A stretch of DNA of 64,000 bases from Bdellovibrionales bacterium (GCA_027317865.1 DAHVQG010000002.1:160001-224000), one strand, 5' to 3'; positions 28,672-38,563 are shown, counted from the stretch's first letter. The notes: generated by a model not told the origin, from the letters alone. Made by a program: numbers and translations.

Positions 28672-29439
28672 GTGCGAAACTGCCTTATTTTTCTTTTTTT
28701 TAGTTTTATTGCAAGGCCTTGCTTTGCCTTTCACCTGCCGAGCAATTTAATGAATTCGGATTTGAACGAAGTTACGCAAACTCTTGGCTATGAAACCAGC
28801 TCGAAATTTTTAAGCGATCCCTACCCGTTAGGCGGCTATTCCGGGCTTGAAGTCGGAGTCGCAACAGAGTTTATCAACGCAACTGACCTCTCGCGCTTAG
28901 GAACGGGCAACGGCAACGAAACCAATTTTGAATTTACCGGCGTTTCGATTGGCAAAGGTCTATTTGATAATCTCGATGTTTTTGTGGATTTCGTTCCATT
29001 TTCAAACGCCAACGACATTTCTAAATATGGCGCCATGGTGAAGTGGACATTTTTTGAGGCACAGGATTTGCCGCTTACGACTTCAATACTTGCGCATTTT
29101 GACACGATCAACATTGACGATGAATTTAATAACCAAACTCTCGGCGACGATCTCATGGAGGGAATAAATTTACAGAAATTCGCAATCTACTTTGGCGGTG
29201 GAATCCTTTATGGCACCAGCAAATTTATGTACAATATTTTAGATCTTTCAGATCCTGCAAATAGTGCCGCTGTTCCCTCGGCGAACCCTAGCGATCCCGA
29301 CGGATATTTAACGCAAAAGAGTCAACGCGATCACACCTTCATTGGAGTCGAAGTTAATTTTCATCCGATTTTTCTTGCCGCCCAAATCGATAACTACGCG
29401 CAAACAGTTTATAGTTTCAAAATTGGCTATCGGCTCTGA
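28672..29439 (+). CDS. Putative outer-membrane beta-barrel protein
   Basis: Signal peptide, alternating beta-strand pattern, C-terminal YSFKIGYRL. Confidence 0.65.
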   Translation: MRNCLIFLFFSFIARPCFAFHLPSNLMNSDLNEVTQTLGYETSSKFLSDPYPLGGYSGLEVGVATEFINATDLSRLGTGNGNETNFEFTGVSIGKGLFDNLDVFVDFVPFSNANDISKYGAMVKWTFFEAQDLPLTTSILAHFDTINIDDEFNNQTLGDDLMEGINLQKFAIYFGGGILYGTSKFMYNILDLSDPANSAAVPSANPSDPDGYLTQKSQRDHTFIGVEVNFHPIFLAAQIDNYAQTVYSFKIGYRL

Positions 29440-29443
29440 GCCT

Positions 29444-29911
29444 TTACTCTTTCATTTTTTTTATAAGATTGGTGGAGGAGTGCCCTTCAACAAATTGCAG
29501 AGACTTCACCTCGCCGCCATATGACTGCACAAACTTGGCTCCGACAATTTTATCGATTGGCCAGTCTCCACCTTTGACAAGTATGTCGGGCTTTACCTGA
29601 TGAATAAGCGACTCCGGGGTGTCTTCGTTAAAAAGTGTCGCAAGGTCGACACAACGAAGAGAAGCGATAATCTCGAGGCGATCTAATTCATTTTGAAGAG
29701 GCCGGTTCGGACCCTTAAGACGTCTAACGCTCGCATCGGAGTTTAGACCTACAACCAAATAGTCACCTAAGCTTCGTGCTTCTTGCAGGTAGCGGACATG
29801 ACCGACATGCAACAGGTCAAAACATCCGTTTGTAAAAACAACTCGGCGATTCTTTCTTTCAGATTCGAGTCTTTCTAAAAATTTCGTCAAATCAAAATAG
29901 AAGCGATCCAC
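29444..29911 (-). CDS. rfaE2: D-glycero-beta-D-manno-heptose 1-phosphate adenylyltransferase (RfaE domain II)
   Basis: VVFTNGCFDLLHVGHVRYL; NSDASVRRLKG; VKGGDW; SSTNLI. Confidence 0.92.
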   Translation of the reverse strand: MDRFYFDLTKFLERLESERKNRRVVFTNGCFDLLHVGHVRYLQEARSLGDYLVVGLNSDASVRRLKGPNRPLQNELDRLEIIASLRCVDLATLFNEDTPESLIHQVKPDILVKGGDWPIDKIVGAKFVQSYGGEVKSLQFVEGHSSTNLIKKMKE

Positions 29912-29950
29912 GTCGAAAAGCCATTCCGTTTTTGTAAGGGCGCGCTCTCG

Positions 29951-30787
29951 TCAATTTTTCTTGTACAACTGAAGCCCGCTCAGCCGCGCGGCCAAATCGC
30001 GATTTAAAATGAGCGACAAAAGAGGCAACAAAATTAACCCCGTCAACAAATTCATAATCGATCTCCAGAGCACAAGAGCCGGATAATGGGCCCGTTGAAC
30101 TTGATTTTCATCGCCAAGTTGAAGGTCAAATGTCCACTCCCCAATGGTAGAACTAAAAAAGCTTCGCGAAACAATTGCGTACATTTCAAAAACCGCAAGA
30201 TACAAAACGACGAGACTGAGCTGAGTCGTAAATTCACCTTGGGTACTTTGAATGACCTCTGGCAATTTAATCCCCGTCACGGCAACTAAACATACGAGAA
30301 AAATCAAAGACAACGCCAGTACGACTAGAGCATCCAAAAACAAAGCCGGTAAACTTACGGCCACCGGCGAAAGAGGTCTTACCATATTGTCATGAGCACC
30401 ACGCCGCGTACCAGTCGATTCATTAATCGCTTGATTGGGAATCTGAAATTTCACGCGCGCAAGAGGGTCGGCGGGCCGCGGTTTAGGATCCGGCACAATC
30501 GGACGAGTGGGGTTTACTTCACCTATTTCACGAGGCAAAATCGCGGATAACGAAACCGGCTTCGGTTTACTTTTTAGAGCGTCGTGAAGTTCATCGATCA
30601 ATTCCCGTGACGATCGCGCCCGAACGGCATCAGTCAATTCACTCGGTGGTGCTGACGGTAGCGCTTTACGAACCGAATGCTCCACTAGACTCGATTTAGA
30701 AATGTGCTCTTTCAGACTCACTGATTTTTTATGAAATCCCAAACCGGCTGTTAGCGGTTTCATTTCAAATTCATCAATTGGATCCAT
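29951..30787 (-). CDS. RDD-family membrane protein with N-terminal extension
   Basis: ALFLDALVV, three TMs, TIGEWTFDL; GGAGG SD. Confidence 0.65.
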   Translation of the reverse strand: MDPIDEFEMKPLTAGLGFHKKSVSLKEHISKSSLVEHSVRKALPSAPPSELTDAVRARSSRELIDELHDALKSKPKPVSLSAILPREIGEVNPTRPIVPDPKPRPADPLARVKFQIPNQAINESTGTRRGAHDNMVRPLSPVAVSLPALFLDALVVLALSLIFLVCLVAVTGIKLPEVIQSTQGEFTTQLSLVVLYLAVFEMYAIVSRSFFSSTIGEWTFDLQLGDENQVQRAHYPALVLWRSIMNLLTGLILLPLLSLILNRDLAARLSGLQLYKKN

Positions 30788-30833
30788 CCTTACCTCCGCG
30801 CCACCAAACAAAGCTTTCACGCATTAACGATCG

Positions 30834-31625
30834 TCAAGTTTTGGTCGAACCCATAACCATTAATCCCATTTCATACTTTATGACGCTCACTATTGCCAGG
30901 CAAGCCGTTTCGGCACGTAAGATTTGCGGCCCCATTGTAGACGGTATGACATTCATGGAGCGTATTTTCTCAACTTCGGTTGAACTAAATCCACCCTCCG
31001 AACCAACAATGGCCCATATCCGCTCGGGGTCTGATTTTTTGATGTCTTGAAGCGCGCTACGAATATCTTGAACGCATGGCCCCTCATAAGCAAATAGACA
31101 CGCGGACATTTCATTTCGGTGCATGCCATTGAGAAACTCGTCTAGTGATTTAGGGGCAAGAAGCTCCATCAAATCGCCGCGAGCGGTTTGCGTTGTCGCC
31201 GACCTGACTATCCGCTGCCACCTTTCAATTCGAGCGTCACGAATGTCTTCCGGTTTTTTTGCAAAACTGTTTTCAGTAAAAAGCGGCTGAAAAACCGAAA
31301 CGCCGAGCTCTACGGACTTTTCGATTACGCTCTCTGTAGTCTCCCATTTGCTTATGGCAAATGCGAGTTGCACCCGCGGCCGCCCTAGCGTCGGTAGACG
31401 GCGCAAAGATAAAACTTCTACCCGCGCCGATTTCTTTTTAATTTCAGTTATCCGCAAAGCCATCGCCTGTGGCTGCCCTGTTACTCCTTCAAATGTTTCG
31501 CCAGTTTCAAATCGTGAAACCTCAATCGCATGATGAAACGACGACGCGGGAAGTTCAAAAACATCACCCACGCTTAATGGGCTTGGAACTTCGCCCGGCT
31601 CGATCCATATTCTCCGCAAATTCAT
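30834..31625 (-). CDS. rsmE: 16S rRNA m3U1498 methyltransferase
   Basis: EKSVELGV, VGSEGGFS, MGPQILRAETA. Confidence 0.93.
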   Translation of the reverse strand: MNLRRIWIEPGEVPSPLSVGDVFELPASSFHHAIEVSRFETGETFEGVTGQPQAMALRITEIKKKSARVEVLSLRRLPTLGRPRVQLAFAISKWETTESVIEKSVELGVSVFQPLFTENSFAKKPEDIRDARIERWQRIVRSATTQTARGDLMELLAPKSLDEFLNGMHRNEMSACLFAYEGPCVQDIRSALQDIKKSDPERIWAIVGSEGGFSSTEVEKIRSMNVIPSTMGPQILRAETACLAIVSVIKYEMGLMVMGSTKT

Positions 31626-31642
31626 TTGGCGCGCCTCACGCA

Positions 31643-32542
31643 TTATTCGGTATCTCGTACAAAATAAACTCCTACCCACTCACCCATTTGACATTGTTTT
31701 ATAAATATAAATCCGCGAGAGTCGAAATTTTGCAAAAAGTGACCGGCTCGTTCTTGCAGTATTCCGGTTAAAAACAAATGCCCCGACGGACAAACATGAT
31801 CAACGATTTCTCGCTGAATCTTTAGCAAAACACCGTCCACAATATTAGCGACCACCACATCAAACTTGCCGGACAATTCGCCGATTTGTTCTTCGGCAAT
31901 TGTCACGTCGGCCAGTCCGTTCAGCCGAGCATTCTCACGTGCGACTTGCCTCGCGACGGAGTCAATATCAACTCCTACGACGTGAGCTAAACCTAGTTGC
32001 GCCATGAGCATTGCTAAAATGCCAGTTCCCGTACCGATATCAAGACCAGACTTACAGTGCGCGAACCGCTTTTGCTCTTGAATTAAAAATCGTGCGGCAA
32101 GCTTTGTCGTTTCGTGTGTGCCCGTACCAAAAGCCATGCCTGGGTCGATACGAATAACACGCTCGGCCTGTGCGGGTGTCGGCCGCCAACTCGGGACAAC
32201 CCAAATTGTTTGCTCGTCGTTGAGTGGAAAGGCTTCATATCCTTTCTTCCATTCTTCAAGCCAATCCTTCTGCTGTTCAACTTGCAAAGTGAATTGGGCA
32301 CCACCGTACTTGATCTTGAGTTCCTCGATCCATTTGGCCGATGGTGGTGACTCAAAATAGACTTTCAGCGAAATTAAATCGTGCGGCAGCGGCACGGGTT
32401 CGTACGTCTCGCCCGTTTGCGAAAAGGGCAAATCCTCTGTAACGCCACAGGCACCGTTATCAAACGCTACAGAAGTAAAAATGTCGCTTTCTAAAGGAGT
32501 TAAACCGTCAACAGTCAAAATGAAAAAATTGTCGCTCGCCAT
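31643..32542 (-). CDS. prmA: Ribosomal protein L11 methyltransferase
   Basis: DWLEEWK, IDPGMAFGTGTHETT, LDIGTGTGIL, VANI. Confidence 0.95.
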   Translation of the reverse strand: MASDNFFILTVDGLTPLESDIFTSVAFDNGACGVTEDLPFSQTGETYEPVPLPHDLISLKVYFESPPSAKWIEELKIKYGGAQFTLQVEQQKDWLEEWKKGYEAFPLNDEQTIWVVPSWRPTPAQAERVIRIDPGMAFGTGTHETTKLAARFLIQEQKRFAHCKSGLDIGTGTGILAMLMAQLGLAHVVGVDIDSVARQVARENARLNGLADVTIAEEQIGELSGKFDVVVANIVDGVLLKIQREIVDHVCPSGHLFLTGILQERAGHFLQNFDSRGFIFIKQCQMGEWVGVYFVRDTE

Positions 32543-32577
32543 GGCGGGCCCACTCTAGCAAACTCGCGCTCTTATGG

Positions 32578-33159
32578 CTATGGCGCGATCGGAACTGTAG
32601 CTTTCGCATCTGCAACTGTCGGCGATGTGGACTTTGGCCCCTTGATTTTTGCGCGCTTTGCACGGGTCTTTGCCTGAAGAGATGCAATAGCCGTTGCCAA
32701 GACTGACTTTTGCACCTTCGCGTTTGAAATCGCTGCAGTTTTCACAGAACCCATATGCCCAGTTGATAGATCAACATGATCGCCAATCATGATCGAGTCG
32801 TAATCAACGGCTGGACTATTTTCATAGTTAGCCAGTGCAACAACTCGCCCCACACTGAGATGATGTTGCACGTGAATGAGCCGGATTTTACCGACGGTAA
32901 AGACAAGATTATTGAGCGCCTTATTATTATACGTGTCGTATAGGGTTTGTTGTCGTTGTATCGAGAGTATTTCGCCCACTTTTAAACCATCAATTGAACC
33001 CGCATTGATATAAATATCTTTTGGCGGATGCTCGTTGTTGGTCATGGCGATCGGCCGATGCTCAGCAAACACAATTACACTTTTTGCATGAGCAACTGTT
33101 GATGCATATGTTATAAATAGGGTAAATAATACGGTTCGTAGTGACGCCGGCATCGGCAT
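32578..33159 (-). CDS. Secreted protein with FlgT C-terminal-like beta domain
   Basis: Signal peptide; IYINAGSIDGLKVGE...VGKIRLIHV...IMIGDHV. Confidence 0.55.
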   Translation of the reverse strand: MPMPASLRTVLFTLFITYASTVAHAKSVIVFAEHRPIAMTNNEHPPKDIYINAGSIDGLKVGEILSIQRQQTLYDTYNNKALNNLVFTVGKIRLIHVQHHLSVGRVVALANYENSPAVDYDSIMIGDHVDLSTGHMGSVKTAAISNAKVQKSVLATAIASLQAKTRAKRAKIKGPKSTSPTVADAKATVPIAP

Positions 33160-33162
33160 ATC

Positions 33163-33192
33163 TAACCCTTCCCTGGTTATGGCCGTCCTGGC
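33163..33192 (-). promoter_or_regulatory. Two CsrA-type GGA hairpins in a 5' leader
   Basis: GCC-AGGAC-GGC and UAACC-AGGGAAG-GGUUA directly before the start at 33159. Confidence 0.6.
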
Positions 33193-33333
33193 GCATGTCT
33201 CATCGACAAATTATTGTTATACAGCCCTCATAGCTGCCACTGATTACAATGGATGATTCGGATAATTGAAACGGCGACTTAAGAGCGCGCTTTGCCAAAA
33301 TGGTCCAGTCGCGTTTATAGCCGGACCGTTGTC

Positions 33334-33852
33334 TTATAATTCGGCGTCACGCTGAACGCGAACAACACCAATGTGTTGGGCTTGAGCTTTAAATGACGTA
33401 GCTGGATTTTGTACAATCCGCTGCTGAAGCTTTGAAAAAATCGGCTCGCGAATCGCAAGCGAGCTGTCTTGTAAAACGCATTGCCGTGCGATTTTCTTTT
33501 TGGGGTTTACAACAATCGGAGCCTTTAAGTTGGCCGTCATCTGCGTTGGATCGACGGGAATCGTGATAATAGTGAAAAATCGCGCCTCGTCCATCGACGC
33601 AAATCCTAGAGATTCGAAATCTGACTTTGAAAGATCAACAGTATAATGAGGCGAGAACATTTCTGGCTCTAAAACCGGAAACGCTATTTCTGAATCTTCG
33701 CAACTTTGAAGCCATGCAAAGATATCATCGTTTGGATCGTCCAAAAGTACAAACCGGCGCAGATGTCCAAAGCCGAGTAAGCCTTCGGCAAATTCAAGCA
33801 CGTCATCCTGAGTGACGGCCACATCCCCAAACCGTGTCGTTTGGATAGTCAT
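33334..33852 (-). CDS. fliW: Flagellar assembly factor / CsrA antagonist
   Basis: TTRFG, GLLGF, WLQS, MTANLKAPIVVN. Confidence 0.95.
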   Translation of the reverse strand: MTIQTTRFGDVAVTQDDVLEFAEGLLGFGHLRRFVLLDDPNDDIFAWLQSCEDSEIAFPVLEPEMFSPHYTVDLSKSDFESLGFASMDEARFFTIITIPVDPTQMTANLKAPIVVNPKKKIARQCVLQDSSLAIREPIFSKLQQRIVQNPATSFKAQAQHIGVVRVQRDAEL

Positions 33853-33938
33853 TCCCCCTCCATTTTCGAGGATGCCCTTAAAAATATGACACCGCAAGCC
33901 TAAATATAGGGAAAAATCTATCCCATTGGCGAGTTCAG

Positions 33939-34235
33939 CTACTCGTCGTCACTTGCTTTTGCGCTAATTGATATGCCTTTTTTTGGCGTAACACCGTCAG
34001 ATAAGGCGTCTGATTTCAACAGTTGCGAAACGGCACGCGTTGCGTCAGGGCGCGCAAGAGACGCGTCTTCATTTTGCTTTTTGATAGCTTGGTAGACCTC
34101 TTCACGGTAAATGCGCGTTTCTTTCGGCGCCTCGATACCAAGGCGTACCTGTTTGCCGCGGATTTTCTCAATCCGAATTTTAATATTGTCGTCGATTGTT
34201 ATACTTTCGCCCAGTTTGCGTGTGAGAACCAGCAT
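33939..34235 (-). CDS. csrA: Carbon storage regulator with long C-terminal helix (FliW-binding type)
   Basis: MLVLTRKLGESI, VRLGIEAPKE, REEVYQAIKKQNEDA. Confidence 0.97.
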   Translation of the reverse strand: MLVLTRKLGESITIDDNIKIRIEKIRGKQVRLGIEAPKETRIYREEVYQAIKKQNEDASLARPDATRAVSQLLKSDALSDGVTPKKGISISAKASDDE

Positions 34236-34240
34236 TGTGA

Positions 34241-34284
34241 AAGGTCTCCTTCAACATCCTAGTCAAAGACTATTCTGTGACCTT
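34241..34284 (-). promoter_or_regulatory. csrA leader with GGA site and SD enclosed by a stem
   Basis: ACUAGGAUGU (34254-34263) upstream of the AAGGAG SD; AAGGUC/GACCUU outer stem. Confidence 0.5.
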
Positions 34285-34354
34285 AACGGCAGCATCTTGC
34301 CGCCACTTTAGCTAAACTTTGGTGGGTAAAATGTCAAGGTTAACGCGATTGCCA

Positions 34355-35449
34355 TCACGTTTGTACAAAATCCATAAGACTTTTTTGCAGAATCTTACCG
34401 GACGTCTCGAGGGTTGCCTTGAGCGCGTCCTGTGCTTTGTTAATGTTACTTACGACATGAAATACATCAGCATCTTGAAGTTGCGAAATCGCTCCCTTGT
34501 CATCAACAAGATGCGTGTGCATGGAATTCAGCGTGCTGTTAATCGCTTTCATTCTAGAACCCAATGCTGAACGTGCAATGATCACTTGCTGTAAAGCATT
34601 TCCTAAATGATCAATCGACTCTTGAATTCCTTGTCGGTCATTTGTTGAAAGTGCGATTTGAAAATTCTTAAGCGCATTTAATACGTCCACTCCGTTTTTA
34701 GGTGGAATTGATTGATCTAATGGCGCGACATTTTCGCTGATTCCAATCGATGCCGGCCCTCGCGTTGATAGATCGGGTTGATTAATATCTCCACTGTTTT
34801 GTTTGCCGAACAGTTGGGGATCTTGTGTTTCTTGCTCTTTGAGTTGGCTGAGAGTTCGCGCCTGAGTCGGATCATGAAACCGCAAGCCGTCGGGCGAAAG
34901 TCCTTTACCCAAAAATGCGACTGACCCGGGCATATTCATGGCCATGTACGTGTCTTTATCGATATTGACTTTCATCTCGCCGTTATCGCCGCGATAGTAG
35001 CCATTCTGATCAAATGGCGGACGGGTGGTATCAAACCCGCCAAATATAAAACGATCGCCTAATTGCCGGTTACCAATTTGAATTGCCTCGTCATAAAGTT
35101 GTCGAACTTCGACGGCAACGCTCCGACGTGTCTCCGGGTTTGCACTGCCATCGTTAGACTGGCTAATTGCCAACTCTTTCGCGCGAATTAAAAGGTTAAC
35201 CAAATCTCCGAGCGACTGCGCAGAATATGCAAGAAAACTTTTAGCGTAGTTTAAATTTTTGATGAATTGCTGAGTCGCGCGCTCGTCAGTTCGCTCGCTC
35301 AACACTTGCGTAGCGGCGACCGGGTCGTCGGACGGCTTTGTCACTCGCAGCTGCGTAGCCGCTTCGTTTTGGTACTTTTCAAGTTCAGCCCGATTGCGGG
35401 CGATCCCGCGGTTGACTTGATCATAGGCCATAATATCGGCAACTCTCAT
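34355..35449 (-). CDS. flgL: Hook-associated protein 3
   Basis: RVTKPSDDPVA, FIFGG, SLMDFV. Confidence 0.95.
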   Translation of the reverse strand: MRVADIMAYDQVNRGIARNRAELEKYQNEAATQLRVTKPSDDPVAATQVLSERTDERATQQFIKNLNYAKSFLAYSAQSLGDLVNLLIRAKELAISQSNDGSANPETRRSVAVEVRQLYDEAIQIGNRQLGDRFIFGGFDTTRPPFDQNGYYRGDNGEMKVNIDKDTYMAMNMPGSVAFLGKGLSPDGLRFHDPTQARTLSQLKEQETQDPQLFGKQNSGDINQPDLSTRGPASIGISENVAPLDQSIPPKNGVDVLNALKNFQIALSTNDRQGIQESIDHLGNALQQVIIARSALGSRMKAINSTLNSMHTHLVDDKGAISQLQDADVFHVVSNINKAQDALKATLETSGKILQKSLMDFVQT

Positions 35450-35474
35450 ACTCTAATAACTCTCCAATTGCTCA

Positions 35475-36896
35475 CTAATCTTTGAGATGCATTACCGTGT
35501 TCATCATCTCATTTGCCACGTTGATCAACCTCGCTGAAGCTTCAAACATTTTTTGATACTCAATCATTTTTTCTGTCTCTTCATCGAGGCTCACGCCGCT
35601 TATACTGTCACGGATATTTTTAATTTGATCCACGATATCTTTCTGTGAAGCCTTTTCTGAATTAGCGCGAGCCGAAGTCGCCCCAACGTCGCCGACAATA
35701 TTATCGTAGAACCCGTCGAACGTACTTTGGCCCTTGCCCATTGCATTTTGATACTCAAGAGATGATATGAGGTTCGCCACGCGGTTGTCGCCAGGAGCGT
35801 TCGGCTGCGCTGCCGCCACTAAGCGACCTGGATCTTCAAGTACAAGTTGATTAACGGCCATTCGCGAAGCGGCGCCCTTTTTATTACCGACGACGAATAA
35901 ATCCACCCCAGGGCGGTTCAACCGATCATAGCCAGACTTATGAATTTGGTTAATTTGAGTTGCGAGCGTGTAGGCAAGGTCATCGACTTTGTCGAGTGTG
36001 TGATTAATGAATTGATCGCGAACTTGTAACAGACCCCCTAACGAACCACCTGTGATTTGTTTTGTAACAACCACCGGCGTTCCGTCGTTAGTGGCCTGAT
36101 AAAATATATCAACGTCACCTTCGGCCTTGCCCTTGCGACCTGGTGTCGACTCAACGGTAAGATTGCGATGCATAGATCCTGATACTAATATCGCGGAGTC
36201 GCCGGCAGTTACGGTGAGTTCGCCGGTTTTACTTTCCGCGTAACGGATATTGATCATTTTGCCGAGTTCTCTAACGAGCTCATCGCGTCGGTCACGTTCG
36301 TCATTAGCCGTAACGCCGTCAATCTCGACCGCCGCAATTTTTTTATTAAGCGAAGCGATTTCACCAGTTATTTTGTTTACGTTTGCAACTTCGTTGTGAA
36401 TTTCAAAATCCGCTTCGCCTTGAATATGCTGGAGGCGCCCGCTCACACCGCGAAAATCTTGAGCCATGAATTTTGCTTGTTCTTTAACCTGATCGCGTAA
36501 CGCGACATTTTCCGGATCGTTTGACATTTCTCGATAGGCATTAAAAAAGGCGTCAATAGACTTATTAAGGCCACCGTGCTGTTGCTCATTAAATACCTGA
36601 TCGACCCGCCCCAATAAACTGGCCCGCGCGTCCCGCTCTCCCTCGACGTTAATCGCCTGTTGAAGTTGCTTTTCAATAAAAGGGTTATGGATTCGTACAA
36701 TTCGCTTTGCAACGGCTCCGTTACCGAGAAGCAAGCGCCCGTCGACCGTTGGGTTAGCCGTTTCGATATCGACTCGCTGGCGGGAATAACCGGCTACGTT
36801 TTTATTGGCGATATTATGGCTGATCGTCTGAAGAGCCGTTTGGCTATTCATCATCGACTGCTTGCCGATATCCATGATCGACCAAATTCGAGACAT
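35475..36896 (-). CDS. flgK: Hook-associated protein 1
   Basis: SHNIAN..GYSRQ; SGVSLDEE..MIEYQ. Start at 36896 with CAGGAG SD. Confidence 0.96.
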   Translation of the reverse strand: MSRIWSIMDIGKQSMMNSQTALQTISHNIANKNVAGYSRQRVDIETANPTVDGRLLLGNGAVAKRIVRIHNPFIEKQLQQAINVEGERDARASLLGRVDQVFNEQQHGGLNKSIDAFFNAYREMSNDPENVALRDQVKEQAKFMAQDFRGVSGRLQHIQGEADFEIHNEVANVNKITGEIASLNKKIAAVEIDGVTANDERDRRDELVRELGKMINIRYAESKTGELTVTAGDSAILVSGSMHRNLTVESTPGRKGKAEGDVDIFYQATNDGTPVVVTKQITGGSLGGLLQVRDQFINHTLDKVDDLAYTLATQINQIHKSGYDRLNRPGVDLFVVGNKKGAASRMAVNQLVLEDPGRLVAAAQPNAPGDNRVANLISSLEYQNAMGKGQSTFDGFYDNIVGDVGATSARANSEKASQKDIVDQIKNIRDSISGVSLDEETEKMIEYQKMFEASARLINVANEMMNTVMHLKD

Positions 36897-36915
36897 CGTG
36901 TCTCCTGCCTTTTTT

Positions 36916-36939
36916 GCGAAATTCATCCGTGAATTTCGC
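36916..36939 (-). promoter_or_regulatory. CsrA-consensus hairpin in the flgK leader
   Basis: GCGAAAUUCA-CGGA-UGAAUUUCGC, perfect 10-bp stem; UCACGGAUGA fits (A/U)CANGGANG(U/A). Confidence 0.75.
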
Positions 36940-36972
36940 GCGCAAAATTCATTTTGCGCAAATATCGGGTTT

Positions 36973-37485
36973 CTATACCTCTTTACTTACCAATTGCCCG
37001 GAATCAGCCGGCGGCGCCACCATACCCCCCGATTTTCGGTAGGTGGGTTTATCACGCAGTTGATTACGTATGGAGCCAATTGCACCCGTGATATTTTCAA
37101 GGGCTGAATTTACCAACGCTTCATTTTGCTGATTGTGCTCACGTACACGACGTAACAGTAATTCCAATACCGATTGCCGACTACGTAACCGCTCGCCCGG
37201 CTCGCCGTCAAAATGCCGGGCAAAATCAATTAGTTTAGTTTGTTCTGGTAGGCCTTCAGCTTCGGCCAATAGGCGGGCTGCTTTTTGCCGCTCATCTTCA
37301 AGTTGACGGGCCTTAACCAACATTGTTTCTTTGGAATGATTGTTTTCGTTGAGCGCCTCTAGCTGCGCTGAAATTAAAATTTCGCGCTCTTGCCGAACAA
37401 CATTCAAAATCCCGCGATAAACTTTAATCAGATCGTCGAGAGACCGGTCGAGGTTTTCAAAAGCTTCTCGGGATTCTTCTTTCAT
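36973..37485 (-). CDS. flgN: Flagellar export chaperone
   Basis: Between flgM and flgK; NQQNEALV; KPTY. Confidence 0.85.
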   Translation of the reverse strand: MKEESREAFENLDRSLDDLIKVYRGILNVVRQEREILISAQLEALNENNHSKETMLVKARQLEDERQKAARLLAEAEGLPEQTKLIDFARHFDGEPGERLRSRQSVLELLLRRVREHNQQNEALVNSALENITGAIGSIRNQLRDKPTYRKSGGMVAPPADSGQLVSKEV

Positions 37486-37503
37486 TTCTCCATCCGTTTT
37501 AAT

Positions 37504-37821
37504 CTAGTCCGAGTTGTTATTCATTTTTAAGTGTTCGTCGACCAACCGATCGGCGATCGCCGACGAATCGACATTATACTTGCCTTCATCTATCAACTTT
37601 TGCAGACGCGCCACTTTGGCCTCGTTGATACCGTTTGGGTTTGCGAGCATTTTTGCTTTTTGTAAGGCTAAACCGTCAGGCGACATTTGCACCTGCGCCG
37701 AATCAAGCCGGTCCGCAATTCCCGTCCGTTCTTTATTACGAGCATTTTTCATTTCAAGATCGCCAAGATTTTTCAAATGCGCCGACATCAAAGCTGAATT
37801 TTTCGTATTGTTTATTTTCAT
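37504..37821 (-). CDS. flgM: Anti-sigma28 factor
   Basis: KVARLQKLIDEGKYNVDSSAIADRLV. Confidence 0.92.
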   Translation of the reverse strand: MKINNTKNSALMSAHLKNLGDLEMKNARNKERTGIADRLDSAQVQMSPDGLALQKAKMLANPNGINEAKVARLQKLIDEGKYNVDSSAIADRLVDEHLKMNNNSD

Positions 37822-37882
37822 CCCCGCTCCTTCTGCTATTACACCACGCGCCGAACTCGAGTTATCATCTTATAATATCGTA

Positions 37883-38563
37883 TCATACTGAGACATTGAT
37901 TTGCCATGCTAAACCTTGCGCTGTGGGAGCAAGAGTACCTAGCTTTTCGCCTGCACTCAGGCGTTCGCCCGGAACTAAGTCGCGACAATGCCCGACAAAA
38001 CTCAGAGTCGAGACAAGACCATTGTCGTGGGCGAGTTTAACCGTTTGACGGTCGTCATTGTGGCGAAAAGCCTGCAAAACCTCGGCGTCTAACGGTGACG
38101 TGACGTCACGAGACTCCAGTTTTGCGCCGTCATTCCACTCATATAAGAAGCTCAACTCTTTTTGCTTACTCGATTGCGGGGACGCCAGCGGTATGCCTAG
38201 AGGTTTTTTATTTTTTTCAATTTTGAACCGCACGTCCTTATTAATTGGAATCGGCCCCTTGATTGGTTGTACGGTGTTTGGGTCAAGATATCTATCTTTG
38301 AGTTGATTGTAGATCAATTGAGCAAGACCAACGCCACCCTGTTGGGACCATTTATCAACGTATTGCTGGTCCAATTGTTGACGGTAGAGCTGTTGGGCGA
38401 ATGTCGGCTTCTGGGCCGGCACAATCGTCTTACGCATGGCCTTAACCATTTCGTCAAGAAAGTATTCTTCATACTGCTTTGAAACGGCTCGCGCCCTGGC
38501 ATCTTCATTCTGCACGGGAGGCTGAAGAGACAATCCGTGCGCGACTTTAAAAACTTGGGCCAT
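37883..38563 (-). CDS. flgJ: FlgJ rod-binding domain plus degenerate M23-like domain
   Basis: VSKQYEEYFLDEMVKAMRKT; GVGLAQLIYNQL; C-terminal SPLDAEV...LAHDNG...GERLSAGEKLG. Confidence 0.8.
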   Translation of the reverse strand: MAQVFKVAHGLSLQPPVQNEDARARAVSKQYEEYFLDEMVKAMRKTIVPAQKPTFAQQLYRQQLDQQYVDKWSQQGGVGLAQLIYNQLKDRYLDPNTVQPIKGPIPINKDVRFKIEKNKKPLGIPLASPQSSKQKELSFLYEWNDGAKLESRDVTSPLDAEVLQAFRHNDDRQTVKLAHDNGLVSTLSFVGHCRDLVPGERLSAGEKLGTLAPTAQGLAWQINVSV

